In this document: piece by piece, positions 1 to 14,715 of the stretch
Numbering within the stretch: the stretch's first letter is position 1
Layout of the letters: each line of letters begins with the position of its first letter
Source: Sphagnum compactum
Lineage: Eukaryota
Assembly (NCBI GenBank): GCA_965153455.1
Contig: OZ234494.1
Span: 6,634,001 to 6,698,000 of the forward strand
Length of the DNA stretch: 64,000 bases
Reading direction: 5' to 3'
Notes under the pieces: generated by a model
What the model was told of the DNA's origin: nothing
The model's input: only the letters and a program-made list of their open reading frames with translations
Databases searched by the model: none
Program-made: the position numbers and the translations under genes

Positions 1-3000
1 TACTTGTGAACTTTTATATTATTGGCTTTGTTGGCCCTTCAATAATGAAACCAATTGCTTGCTCTCCAAACCAACCCTTGTTTTTCTTTTGTGGGGGAGG
101 GGGGGGTTGTTTTCAATGGCCTTTTTGTAATCACCCAAATTCTTGTAGGTGGTGGTATAGTGAATATCACACAAGCCGTGAGCCTAACAACATAACATTT
201 GGCACATCATTGAGCAATGAGCATAACAAGGCCATTGTCATTCATGCATGGATCTGTTTGTTTACTTTTTCCAAGTGGTTTAGGGTTGTTCATGACATTG
301 GGGAGTGGGGTCTCGCTATAAAAGTTCCATCATCATAATATCGTTGACGGAATGCATTATCATTGAAGTGTAGACCATCTTGTGTTTCTGGATGGATGTT
401 TGGGGATTGCCTTTCAACACTGCGGAATGACCACAACCTACTTTTTATGGCAGAAAACATCCATGGCCTTATTTCTTACACTCAAAACAATAAGAAAAAG
501 AAACATACAAAAAGCACCAGCTGTGGAAACATGAGAAGGTCTCACATAACAGGTTTTATTTAATTTTCTTTTGTGATATCCGAAATTAGTTGATTTACAT
601 TAGAAAAAACTATTTCTTCAAAAATTTCCAATTTATTTCTAAAAAATGACAAAATTTGTCCCCCCAAAAAAAAAAAAAAAGAAACGAAAAGAAAGAAAGT
701 GACATCTAAGTGATCTTTGAAGCAAATGATATATATTTTGTATTAAATCTAATTCAATTATCTTGAGATTTTTGTTCCCTTTGGAATGTGTGAATCACCT
801 TACATATTTGTGTCGTATAAAAAACTGGCAAATTTTTTGACAAAGCTAATGTTCTTGAATCGAACAATGTATTCACTCAAATATTCATTCAATACGAAAC
901 TAAAAAAGCCAACCATTCGTTCCATTTGGTTCAAACTCTTCAAGTCAATGGAGTTTACAGGCATGGCGTTTCCCCAACCCAAGTGATGGATGATTCGTGT
1001 TCTCAAAGAAGTCAGCACACAAAACACACGCAAGTTGTGACGGCCAGGGCCATTCTGTCTGGCTTCACACAAGTAAATCGATTTCATCATGAGAGCATAT
1101 AGAGGAATATTGATTGCCGTAGAATGAATGGGTTGTCAAACATTATTGGTTAGGAGATCAACTGCAGCAGCAGCAGGAGTATTTAATTCTTGTGTTTTTT
1201 TTGTCAGCAATCATGCTCCACAATACTTTGGACTTATCTCCTCCCCTTCAAAACCCAACAATTATTTTTGGGTTTGGAAACAAAAATGAAACTAAAAACA
1301 CCCACGATATTGATACCCGAAGTTGATTGTAGCAATGTTGTGGATGTCTCTCACCTTTAGCCTAGAATCCTTCCAACAACTTTGCTTCCATAATGAAAAT
1401 AAAGCATCTCATGGAGATGCGATGGCTGTTCTCCTGTGGGCAAGTTAAAGGGGAGTGTTGGATGAGTATATATGATGGAACCCTGGAATGATTTTTTTCT
1501 GAAAGGATTTGATACCAGTACTAACTAGTAGGGTAGAAGAATCGCTCTCATCATTCAACAATGTATGTACTCATCGCGAAACACTTTCAATATTTTCCTC
1601 ATTCTTTAATCAAATTGAGCAATTTTTATGTCATTAGATGTGCAAACTTGAAGGTTACAAATCTTCTCTCAGCTTCAAAAATAAAGCAGCAACACAGGAA
1701 ACACATGAAGAGGATGAGTGATAGGTTGGTTCATTTTTTTTTGAAAAAATAGCTTTAGACCCCTCTCTAGTTCCAGCCCCCATATCTTCTTCGTATTTCG
1801 TCCATTTTGAGTGAAGATATCAAATATGAGAAACATATGAGGGCTTACTTTAAACGCTTTAGAAAACTTCTTTGTATTCCAGAGAAAATGATAGAACAAT
1901 CAAAGATTTTAAGATTAAAATCTTAATCTGTTTTAATTCACTCATCACCAAACATTGACCCCCCTACCACCAAACATCCCATATCTTTCCACATTCCTTT
2001 ACCAAATTGAGCAATTGTTGCACTGTTGGAAGCACTAGGTGGGTTACAAATGTTCTTTCAGCTTCAGAAGGAGATGAACAATGTGTGAGGATTCAACCTT
2101 CATCGAGTCCCCAAGTGTTTGCTCACCGATCTATCCCTTATGTTTCATAACTAGATACTCACCCACACTGGTTCAAATCAGCAACAGTTAAAAAATAAGA
2201 AATGTTCCATGACATTGACCCCAAGAAAACAAGGGGTGGTGTGTCACATTGTGGCCTTGCCAATTGCATTTTAAATGTATCTTAAGGCAAAAGAAAAATT
2301 ATGAAAAACTCAAATATTTCACCATGCAAAAAAATATAGTCTTCAAAGCAATCCTCTAAAAGAAACCAAAATCCTTCAAGACATTATAATTCTATAACTA
2401 ATCTCAAGTTTCAACACGAGCCAAAATATCATCTATCAAAAACCCTCATATAAAAATAGATCTATTATTACCTAGTATGGGCCAAAATCCCTTAAGCTAC
2501 TATACTATATAATGAATCAAACACAATATCCTTGTCTTAGGTAGGCAAAGCCAAGAAAATATGAACTCTCAGTTCACTAACATCTAGTGCACACAATGTG
2601 GGACCGAATCCAAACTACATCATTCTGTAGTCTCTCTCTTTCTAGGGAGAAACAAATGGCAAGCGAAATGGAAGACTTTTAGCAAAGTGAATATGGCATG
2701 AGTTTGGTCCGTCTAGAGAGCCATTTCGGCCCAATGATGAAAACAAGTGCTGTGAGTGCACATTACGATAAATTGGCTCTCCTAAGGACCCAAAAAAAAA
2801 TCATCACTTATGCATTGTTGTAAGTTATGTTTGAAATCATCCAAAGAAATATGAGCTCCCCCTTGGGCATACGCACCGACACGTTCCTAGTCTCAAGGTA
2901 GGTATTTAACCGTGGGTCCATTTGGAAACTAACAATTGGTTTCAAGCCAACCATAAGTATGTGCTCTTGGGTTTAGACAAGTCCTTCCACCCTTCGACCC

Positions 3001-6000
3001 TAAGAGTCGCAATTGGGAAGTCAAAATCCTGGATACACAAAGGGTCCTTAGACAAGTCTATCATTCCTTGTGCTAAAAGGCTATGTCCATCAAAGTTTTG
3101 GATCCATATCATGGGAGCCTATTAGGTACTCAAGGGCCCCCAATTATTTTGGAATATATGGGATATATAAGTTATGGTGCATTAGGACAAGTTTCACTCC
3201 TTAGTAATCCTTTTTCATCTAATTCACCAAATTTTGCTCTCAAGACTAATGTGTGGAAAAGAGAGTTATCAAACTCATTAACAAATCGAATGGAGAATGC
3301 AATTCAATGCTTTGGAGAAGCACTAGGTCAAAAAACACGGCCTTGTGGTGCAACCAAAGAGAATAGGACATCAGATAATAGGCTTCTTCACAAGTTTCTT
3401 GTTTGATCTTGCTAGTGAGATGACATTGTACCCTGGACATTTAGTTCATATGACACATCTAATTAGTTGGCATGGTACCTCTTGATTTTGATCCAATTGG
3501 ACAAGGCTCAAATTGACGTGTTACAATTTGTGAATTCCATGCGTTCATCTTATTATCACAAAGTTGTATTTAGTTTTGAGACATGACTATACGTACAAAT
3601 CATGCCTAAAATGTAGGGACAAATAGTAGAATATCAAATAATATCAAATAGTAGACATAGGAAACCCCATGTTGACATTCGTGGCATGATTTTTTAAATT
3701 AAAAAATATATTTTTTACATGGATTTATTTGGATGGATTTAATATGGCGATTAAGTGTGAATCACTTACACAATTTTTTACATGATTTAAAATGAATTTA
3801 CAACAATCTACACATACACACATCCTAAGGTTGGGCATTTACATTTACACACATGGGGATGAGAAGTTTGACACTTACACAGTGAATATGTTTAAAACCA
3901 TGTACATATGCAGAACATTAGGATGCACCTATCACATCCATATATTCCTATGTGTGGGGAAGGTTAACATGATGCGACATGCAAGATCTCCAAACATTAC
4001 ACACATGGAATATGATCACAACAACAAATTTGATGTATCGACATCATATATACACATACACATTATTAGACCCACCAGCTTATGTTATGTGTCATAAGAA
4101 AAACTCTCACCCATCCTTGCCATGCAAATATATCACTTCATTTAGGCAATTTAAAAAAAAAGCTTCAGGTTCTATATGTTTTAGTTTGGTAAAAAAAATG
4201 AATATTCTAACCTAATGATTTGTCAAGTCTTTTTTTTCCAATTCTATCCCAATACACATGTTTACTATTCCAACTATTTGAGGATTACATTCTTATTAAC
4301 ATTTCTTCACAAGATATTTGATTTTGTTTTTAAAAAAATTTAAACATATATGTGATTTTTCTTCAACTTTGCATGATTAACCCTTCTAAGCTTTTCCAAC
4401 ATCCAATTATCTCTTTTCAAACCCTTTGTTGAAAATATATTCCAAACTAGTCATCCATGAACATGATTACTTATAGTTACAATCATTGTGGTCTCACAAT
4501 TAGTATATTCAAAAATATTTTGTAAATTTTTTGGGAAAAATCACACAAGGATATAAACATACAACAAAAATTAAATTGAACTCATATATGGGGGGGGGGC
4601 TTTGCCTGGAAGGTTGGATCTGAAGCATCATCAGCCAAAAAAATTTTTTGACATGAAATTAATGATGTATCTTTAATATGACATTCACAATGATCAAGTC
4701 AAGTATTAATTAGAAATAAAAACTTGAGCTAGAATGTGGTATTTCATGTAGAAATGAAGCCTTGCATTTTTCAAAACATGAATTTGAGGATCTTTGAAAA
4801 TGGACACCAATAGTGGGATCCATTGAAATCCTCCAAAAATCTTGACCATTTTATAACTTTCTTCTTTGAAATGTGATGATTTTTTTGGAAAATTCTCGAA
4901 AATTTCTCTTGACCATGTTCCTTAGGACTTCTTTTAAAAGCAAAATGATGAATTTTTGTCCCAAAAAAAAGAATTGGGCTTATCAAATGGTTAGGGTTAG
5001 CACAACTTGGAATTTGGATGGTGAACCATCAAGGTTGATTGAATATGAACCATTGTTTGAAAAAAACAAATTGATGGTATACAATCCATTTGAGAAACTT
5101 ATTATATGGCATTTGTTGATGATAGGTGTCATAGACCAATCACTCTCTATGAACTCAAACTTTGTTACATTTTGTTATTATACAACATCAATTGGATATG
5201 CATTATGGGTGAATTATGCAACATGTTGACATCAACAGTAGTAGAATGTGGCCCTAGGACCATCAACCCTTTTGTTCACAATCATAAACAAATTTGAAAT
5301 TTTTCTTATCAATTTTTGGCCTTATGTACCTCATGGTATGAAGTATGAAAACATGGATTTGAGGGCGTTCATTTGTGGCTATTTGTGGTTCCAAAATCTC
5401 AAAACTCCATGATTTTTCAATGAAAAGAGTCATCAATTTCATTGTTAGGTTTTTAATCACATTTGAATAATGCCCCATATCTAACTAAGCATTTGTAATA
5501 TTGCATAGTTAATAGGTCCCTTGTTCTTATTCTTTTGGTATTATCCCAATATTCCATCAAATTGATGTTAAATTGGCCAACTTTTGTGAAATATTTTTCA
5601 ACATTTGGTTTTGAACATAAATATGTTCTAGAACTTGCCTTATGCAACTTATGAATCATGCCATTGCTTTTGCATTTCCAATGATTTATAATGACGGTGC
5701 TAGCCTTGGAATATCTCTTCCAAGTTCTTCTCCTTTTAACCAATCACTTATACTGATTTTCAAATTTTTCATACGTTTCTTTGGTTGAATTTTCCTATAA
5801 AATTCTTCACATAAATGTGTAAAATTTATATATGGTATGTCACCTTTGAATGCTTTTGTGTTGTGAAGCTATTTGTCATTACATGTGGAAATTTTGTGCA
5901 AATAATCACAATGAATGCGTCTATAAGACCCCATCAAATGTTCAATTGTTTTCAATGATCTCACAACAAATGTCGCTCTTTGCGAATTGTTTTGAATTCT

Positions 6001-7659
6001 TTATCAAATTCCAAATAACACTTAAATGTATGGTCAAATAAAATAACACATAACGTATCTTCAGGTGCCAATTATACCCTCTCCCACCCTACTTGCAAAT
6101 AATTTGTAATTCATTAATTTGGGTTCAATCTGATTTTGCATCCATTTTATTTATGCTAGTTTGACCTTGCTTTTGTGTTGAATAAAAAATATTGATAATG
6201 TTATTCAAAGCCAAAATCTATGTTGCTAGTTAGTATGTTCAATGTTTTATTAGAGATGTTAGGTTTGAATCTGGTGTGATTCTATAGAAGCATAGACTCA
6301 AGAAACATGAAAATGTGAAAAGACTTCTAAACATCATGAACAAAACACCTATGTTGTTAATTCACCAAAAAATGATGCCTTACACCCATCTTGGGTGTCT
6401 TTATGGAAATGATGATGAGTTTTGATTCCATAATTTGGCCATCATCTTAAACAAATTAATTGGCATCAACACCATTTAATTAACGTTTTTTTTTCTCGAG
6501 CAAAATTTCCAAATGTAAATTGATTTTGGTCACCATTTTTTAAAATCATAACTTTCTATCTTAAGCTCTGATAGGTGGCCAAAAAAGAAAGGTTATTTTC
6601 GTATTTTAATTATAGCCGAATTTGGCTACTTGTTTTTATGGATGATTATCATTATGGCCATTCATCAACATTGAAGAAAAAACAACATTTTAACTACATT
6701 CAATTCCAGTAACCTAGGAACTAGATTATATGGGGTTCTTTGCAAAAAGTTTCATATGTCATTTCTACATGACCATTTTGGTCATACACTCATCCCTGGA
6801 CCATTTCAAAGACAATTTAAAAATAACTACCTCATTTTCAAGCCTAACTATTTCATAACTACTTCTTTTTCTTATTAACTTTCATAATAGCTATTTCCCA
6901 CCTTTCCTAATAACTATCTCACTCCTTTTTGCTATCCACCAACATAGATATAAAAAATAAATTTACATATGTTTTTTCATGTCCATCAAATGTATATTAA
7001 TTGAAATTATATTTGACATTGACATAAATATATGAAAATATAAGAAAAAACTAAAATAGTTGATCGTCATTGGTAGTGCGCAACAATGTGGAGCTCAAAT
7101 ATGTTTAACCTTGCAAAATTTAACGCCTTTTCACAACCATTTTACCTTTGTTTGAAACCTTAGTTTTAAAATTGGTCCAAAGGTAATTGTATGATATAAT
7201 GTAAACAATTTAAAATAAATTTCGAACTACATATGTCAAAAAGCATTAACCCATAAGGTGCCATTCACTTTGAATTGTTTTCAAAAACACATATAAGTTA
7301 TTTGATCCTCATAAATAAAATAAGTTATAAAAACTATGAATATGGAATTAATTTGAATAAGCATGTTTTTGTGATATGTACACTAGAAATTGTATATATT
7401 TTTTTAAAAACCATTATTTCACATCAATTTATCAATTTTATTAATTTAAAAATCCACATTGTTTTTGTAAAATGATAAAAAATAATTTTGGTCCAAATAC
7501 ATTTTCAATGGAAGAACATTTTATAACCTAAAAAGATCATTATTATCAATATTATCATAGAATGATGTACGAATAAATATTTTATTATTATCTTATTTGA
7601 ACTTCACAACTTTTGAACTTTTGAGACAAATTGAAAAGTTTGATGGAGAAGAATAAAAA

Positions 7660-7970
7660 TGATCTTTTTATGTATTCATGATAAATCACGTTTGTGATAT
7701 TTTCATTAGTTTTTTTGAAGATTCGTTAATTTAAAAATTAAACTTGAAGTATCATTAATTATATGGGTAGATGACAAATATTATCGTCATTACAAATGTC
7801 ATTTTTTCATAATAAATTTTAAATTAATGATTTCCCTTTTATTTGAATAAAAAATATCTTTGCAACTTATGGAAAGTCTTTAAAATATTTTTGACATTGT
7901 AAAAGAGAATATAAGATGAAGATGTTGCCATAGAACAAACATGAATTGATGAAATCAAATAATTTGTGTG
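7660..7970. repeat. Dispersed AT-rich repeat with a diverged inverted copy at about 24340-24660
   Basis: TTGCAACTTATGGAAA...AAGATGAA.ATGTTGCCATA.AACAAACA matches the reverse complement of 24340-24470. Confidence 0.7.
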
Positions 7971-10783
7971 TCTTTTAAAATTTAGTGGTGATCCTCATGA
8001 TCACCAATTTTTTTGGGATGGATCAACATTTTTTTTCTTTCCAATTATTTTTTCTTTTTGAATCAATTGAAAATATTTTCCCTTTCAACTTTAGTGTTTT
8101 TTAAAATCAAAGGAAACTTGACACTTCCCTCACCCCCAAATTTTTATGAAAAGTTAAATAAAAACAAGTTAATTCATGTTAACCTAAGGTAATCTTTTCA
8201 AAATTTTCTCATCATTCACTTTTCAAATGTGTGTTTAACATCCCACACCCATGAAATCATAAGCATCCCAACTCATTATATTAAAATGTGTTTATTGATT
8301 ATGGCTAATGATTTAGATAAAACCTATACTGTTTGGAAGCTTATATTTATTAAGTTTAATTTGAAGACAAATTTAAATTCAAGTTCCAACACATGTTAAC
8401 CTATCATGTTCATTTGAATTGTGTCTTGCAAATAAACTCAATTGAATGATAATCCAATAATGTATGTGTAATGTACACCATGTTGAAAAAGTTAAGTTTT
8501 TGATCATGAAGTTTTGTATATTCACATATAAAATTAAATGAAAGAAGAAACAAACTTTTCTTAAATAAAAAAAGAATTAAATTAAATTTTCATTGGAAAT
8601 GTTTTTTTAAACCAAATAAATATAATATTTTCAAAGTTTCTTGAGCTTTTAAACCAATATGATTGTTCAAGAGTAGGATTGCTACGCCAAAGTTTTAAAA
8701 AAAACATCCCAAAATAAAACATTGACCTACCAAACTTTTCAAATCCAAATGTCGCTAGTAGAAATGTGGATTGATGGGCGCATTTTGGTTCAAGAACAAC
8801 CTAAGCTTGGTTGATGACAAAAACAAACATAGATCATAGATCCCCACATCACATGACAATGTGGAGGGCATGTATGCCAAATATCTGAAGGTGTATGATT
8901 ATGGATGGGCAGAAAGGTGTAATAAGAACTTGTCAGGCTGTGATACTATTAGGGATGGGCAAAGCACATGCCAAAGGGGTGAATTCAATGGTCCATCATA
9001 ACACTATCCAAGTCACTAGATCATGGGATTTTGATCTTGTGTTTGAAGTGGCCCAAAAAAGTCATCATACCAAACAATGTCCTTGTGATAAATGAATGTT
9101 GAGGAACTTGGGTGCCAGAATCAAAGCTTGCATTGCATGATGGCCCAAGTTTTGAAGGGTAGATCTCATCACATGCAATGAATGAATGGCATATGATGTA
9201 TGTGGTCCTTTCACAAGGAAAGGATCTCCCCCCCCCCAAACTCAAAACTTGTGCAATTGAGGTGGGGTGTTCATCTTTGGTGAGCTTTGTTTGTTTTAGT
9301 TAAAGAAAAGCCAAAACATCAAAAAGGGTGGTAGAAATGCCCACATGAAAATATGGTCAATCATGTTCATAATTTTGGAGGCCCATTTCCAAGTTATGAC
9401 ACCATTTTCCATCCATAGATGGCTTTCAAATGTGTCCCAAATGTGATGTGAGACTCCATCCAATATAGTAGGCTACCAGCTGCCACAATCAAACCACAAT
9501 AGTTTCTAATTATTGGACTAATAGCCCACCAAAATGTACCAACTAGAAATGTCCTAAAGAGTTCATGGATTTTTCATCATTCATGCCTTTTGCATCTTGG
9601 AAATGTGTAAAATACATAAAGTCCATCACATGGAATTTACATAATTGCAATTCAGATATTACAGTATGTAGTACCTTTTCAGGTTCAGCACTTGGGTGCC
9701 GAATATATTTTTTTTTTTAAATTTCAAAAATCCATGTCAGTAGTAAAATAATAATTTAAGATATTTGGGCAAAAATATATATATGGAGCTTCTTTGGCAG
9801 GTTTTGAAATCCCTGAAGCTTTTAACAAAATGAGATCTTTCACAACATTATTTTTTGTTTGCTTCCTTTTGCAAAATTGGGAAGACACAATGTTCCACCA
9901 AATTATAGGATAGACAAATGTTGTCAATTATTGGATACTTGTTCTGCAATGGTGTACTGGCTTGAAGCAAGAAGCTCTTGGGTGGAAATTTCACTAATTT
10001 TTAAAATTTTTTTCTTTTTAAGTTTTAAATTTTTTAGCATTTTATACAAATAAATTCTAAATAAATCAACAATTCCACAAATAAAATTACCTCTGAACCT
10101 GGAAAAACTATTTATGGTACCTCATTTATATTATACATTATAATTTCATGATGTAAGATTGAAAACCATAATTAAATCAAATTTGAACAAGAACGAAATT
10201 GAACCACCATGCAAATAAGCAGAATATCAGATCAAATGCGCGTTTGCCCTTTACTTACTTTCTACGGCTTTTAAACTCCAAAGTACTCAATCTTTGAAGC
10301 TAGTTCTAAGCTATCAAGTATTTTATGTAGGTGTGTTTGAAATTGATCTAGTTTCCAACAAAAGGCCGTAGTAGCTATGCCTTATAATGTTGAGATGTTG
10401 TAGACCCAAGTGACTTATCCGTAGTTCTCACCTAAAGGCAACAAATCACAATGACCAAAGCATATACTCTTTGTTGGTCCAAAATTCAAACCATCCCATG
10501 AGGGCAAGAACGATGAATTATGTGAACCAACAACAACACCATACGGAGTGCACCATCCATTGGAATGGAAAACCCAATATCATAGTTGTGGACGAACCAA
10601 CCACAACCGAGTTACCATGGTTTCACCTTGATAACCTATTTATTTGGTAGACCTTCCTACTTCCTACTTCCCCTATGTACCTAGGTAAAAGTACCATAGT
10701 AAAAGAAGGGTCGTGAATGAAAGTAGTTTTAAAATAGGTAGGTAAGGACTAAAGTAGGCGAGGCCATTGATGGATGATATAAG

Positions 10784-10897
10784 ATAGATGCATGTGGATG
10801 GTTAGTACATAGCTAACCACTGTGGTTAGCTAGCAATGGGTCTACTACAAGTGCTTGTGGTTAGCACTATATGTACTAACCATCCACATGCATCTAT
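10784..10897. repeat. Perfect 28-bp inverted repeat with a nested palindrome (MITE-like hairpin)
   Basis: ATAGATGCATGTGGATGGTTAGTACATA (10784-10811) pairs with 10870-10897. Inner TAGCTAACCAC-T-GTGGTTAGCTA at 10810-10832. Confidence 0.9.
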
Positions 10898-11879
10898 ATG
10901 TACATTTGACATGTTGATGATAAATTGCTGCACGTACTAACTAGGCATGTATGTGACAAAAACATGTTGATGGGTATGGTGTGCAGTGTGCACTGGGTAC
11001 AATAACATTATGTAGTGTGGATTGCCCTGTTGAGCAATGAAGATGGCCAAATGATGACCTCCACAATTTACTTCTTATATGTCTTTTTTAGTTTTTTTAA
11101 TCCTTTACAATTAATTAATTAATTAATTGATTGATTGATTGATGGATTCCACTCTCTACACTAGTCTAAGCCCCTAAACCCTAAATTTATTGGCCTTGCC
11201 TACTACCAAGAAGGCAAGGATAATTGTGTTTAGATTCATTATAGAGTATAGTAGCTTATGGGTATTTTTTTTAGGCCCCTAGGTAATGATACTAGGTCTA
11301 TTTATTTTTATATGAGGATTTTTGAAAGATGATATTTTTTGACTTGTGTTGAAACTTGAGATTAGTTATAGTAGAGTTATAATATCTTGAAGGAATTTGG
11401 TTTTGAGAGAATTTTATTGAAGTTTTTTTTTTTTTTTTTTTGCATGGTGAAATGTTTGAGTTTCCATAATCCTTCTTCTTTTGCCTTAAGATACCCTTTT
11501 TTTTTTTCTTTTTTTTTTGACAATTTGTTTTGTAATTGGCCCACAGCTCATCATCACTTGTGTAAGTGTGTGGGTAAATCTGGTTACAAGAGATTTGACA
11601 GAGTTGGTATCTATGTGGGTACTTTGCCTATAGATTCTGTCTGTGAAGTGTCAGTGATGAGAAATTAGTGTCCAGTCAGAGTTTGTGTCTCTCCCACAAG
11701 TTCTGTTGAGTGCAGTAGGGGCACAGGTAGGAAGTCAGAAACCTCTTTTAATGTGTTTTTTTTGGGCTAAATTCAATACATCTACCTAGCTTCAATAGCT
11801 ATAGCTCTTTCATTTGGGTTGTTTACACAAGGAAATTGCCAAGGTACAAATTATGATTCTTTACCCCTTCATAGATCTG

Positions 11880-12280
11880 TAGCATTAATGACTTCTAATC
11901 CTGAAAAACCCTAAACCTTAATTTCATTTGATCCCTTGAGACTGGGTTTTATCAAAGAACAGAGTATTAACTAAATTTGAGGCCCATTTCCATAATATGG
12001 TTTAGTGGCCAAAACCTAAAACCAAATCAAGGGAAATTCATTGACCCCCTCACATCTTCCTTTAATTAGGTTTTTTGGTTGTTTAGCATGAAGGAAATTC
12101 AAGGCACTATTTCATACTTTAACCCTTTTTGAATCTGCTGATTAATGACTTCTGATCCAAAAAATTCTAAACCTTCATTTCAAAGGATCTCTTGAGAAAA
12201 CATTTCACAAAAGGAGTTAGTTACTACCAATGGCCATCATTTGTGGCCAAAACCTAAAACAAAATCAGGATGTTCCATTG
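11880..12280 (+). repeat. Diverged direct duplication (about 260-bp spacing) just upstream of the LINE
   Basis: ATTAATGACTTCT..CTAAACCTT..CTTGAGA..GTGGCCAAAACCTAAAAC occurs at about 11884-12030 and 12141-12270. Confidence 0.7.
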
Positions 12281-14715
12281 AACAATATCTAATCAAAGGA
12301 GATAGATAGCACCATCTCCCACCACTGTGCAGTCCAGTGTGTTTTCAATCTACATGCAAACCTAAGAGAACCATGCAATATTTTCAAGATGAAGTCAAAG
12401 TATTTGAAGGAACTAGAGATCATAGTTAGCATGACCGAGGTTTGGAAGGAACAAAAGGATTTAACTACATTCTTCTCCAAGCTCCAAAAAAGTGGTCAAA
12501 TTCTATAAGACCAAATTGCATTTAGAGAGCTAAGGGGTACAAAAGCAAAGAAATCGAAACAAAGATAGTTGACGGAATACATAAGCATAGAAATTGAAGC
12601 AAAGAAATACCTAGAAGCTAGTCAAATAAAGTTGCATCAAGACCCGCAAAACTTCATGGCAACAGACTTACAAGTAGTGACTCATGGAGAATTGAGAGCA
12701 TTAGATAAGAGGAGGCTTAGTGACATGCAAAGGAGATCAAGGGTGAAGTGGTTGTAGAAAGGCCATGTTGTCACAAAGGAGTTTTTGTTGTCATAAAAGA
12801 GCATGAACTTCACTCTTCAATCACTAAACTAAAAACAAAGGATGGGGCATCAATTGCAACACAAGAGGACCTAAGAGATTGTTGCAAAAGGTTTTATTCG
12901 AAGTTGTACAAGAGACAACCCAATGACTCCAACATGGATGAAATTAGAAGACTATCTTTGAAGAACTTGACAAATAGGATACATGATACATAAAAAAGGA
13001 TGTTAGCCAATCCCATGAATGAAAAGGAACTACATATAACATTAGAAGCTTTAGCAAAGGATAAGGCCTTCAATCATGATGGTGTGGTATTTGAGTTCTT
13101 TTTGAGCTTGTGGGATATCAGTGGTTGAAAATACACATAAATGGTGCAATAATCAATTCAATGAAGGTGTTTTCCATTGAAGGTCATATGAGGCTTAATC
13201 ATTCTATTGTATAGAGAGAATAAACATTCCTAGTATGTTTGTGATCAAGATATATAATTTTGTCCTCTAGTGCAAAAGCATGTGTCAATGTTAATAATAA
13301 GCTTTTTCAAGACTTTGATATTGATCATGGGTGTGCCCATGGTCGTTTGCCTATTTTTTATTCTTGGGGAATTCCTCAATGCAACAATAAAAAGGACCAA
13401 TAGAAAATGAGATTACAAGGTGTCAAACTCTCAAGGTCCAAAAGACAACAACCAATCGTGCAATATGTTAATGACTTGACACAAATTTTACAATTAGCAC
13501 CATTCAAGTTATCACAACAAGATTGGTTTGGGTTAAATTGAAATTGTTTTGTTAATCATCTAGCCTCAAACTTAATTATTCCAAGTCCATGGCTTTTTGG
13601 TTTGGAGGCAAGGGACTAACAAATCTAGAATGGACCCAAGTAGTCTAATGGATATGGGCACCAATGTATATGATTTCCATGCTTCTAGGGATCCCCTTTG
13701 GTTTGTCTTTAAATTCCTAATGCAAACAATTTTTTATTGAAGAAGATCAAACACAATTTGAAATATTGGTTATTGATTAAACTTTTGCTAGTTCGGAGAA
13801 TGGTGGTGGTCAATAACATCTTGTTGTTGACCCTTAGTACTTTGTTAGCATTTGGCCTGGAACCAATGAATATACATTTATGGGTTTTCTATGGAAAGGC
13901 AGGGAGGACGGATTAAACTCAAGGATTGTTTTAATGGAAAGGAATGAAAAAGTTGTTTTCGTACTTTTCAACTTTAGGTTGAAAAATGCCTAGAGATACC
14001 AAACCTAAAGTTAATATTGTTTAGGAAATATGGGCCAGCTTGCTCCATCCGAACTTTAAATTGCGTTGGACAAACACATGGCCCAAGCATTGGAGCAAGA
14101 AAGAGGTTTGATTTATTTGGTGAATGTGGAACAAAGTTGTGATAATCCATACTTAAAAGGCCAAAGCAAATAAGTCAATCAACCAAAGATGTGTTCCTTG
14201 TGATAAAGCAAAAAAATCAATCCCACACAAATTTTGGGACAATTGATATGTTCAAAGAGATGGAAGTTCACTCACATGAAATTTTGAATTGTTTACACTA
14301 TGAGCCCATGTTCTACATGCATGCACTCCCAATGGAAGCATGACATTTTCTCTACAAAGGTATCCAAAAGGTTCCTCAAAATGACTAGATTATGGTCTCT
14401 ATTGAAGGACATTACATTGTGCATTATTTGGGTAAAAAAAAGAAGTTTTCAATGGCAATTGGTGGCCTATCCAAAAAATTCAAAATCTCATTTGCAAAAG
14501 GTTGCTTGATTATGGAAGGGCTACATGGGAAAGATGTTTAAGGAGGATTTAAAATTCCATAAGGTTGAAAAAATGAATTTTGAACATTTCGATGAGGTGT
14601 TGAGTAGGAATAAAATGATATGCTCCAAATTTGGTAGCTATGTTGAATGGGTCTTGATGGCCTTCATAAAAATTTCATCAATTGAGTGTATGGGTCATGC
14701 GTTATTAGTATGACA
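12270..14715 (+). mobile_element. Degenerate, 5'-truncated LINE (L1/Tx1-like) ORF2 fossil
   Basis: Colinear decayed motifs across stops and frameshifts: endonuclease end (GD..TISHH), RSRVKWL, CCKRFYSKLY, NPMNEKEL..LEALAKDKAFNHDG..FEFF, AKACVNVNN, QYVND (for QYADD, 13461-13475), LKLNYSKS, LLGIPFG, C..C....SIPHKFW, LCIIW. Confidence 0.85.

Noticed and set aside
4990..6040. Stacked short ORFs that may be a decayed retroelement
   Set aside because: No motif I can identify with confidence. A frameshift-aware protein search is needed.
11171..11186. Telomere-like CCCTAAA units (also about 28105-28125)
   Set aside because: Only about two units. These are telo-box-sized and common, not an interstitial telomere array.
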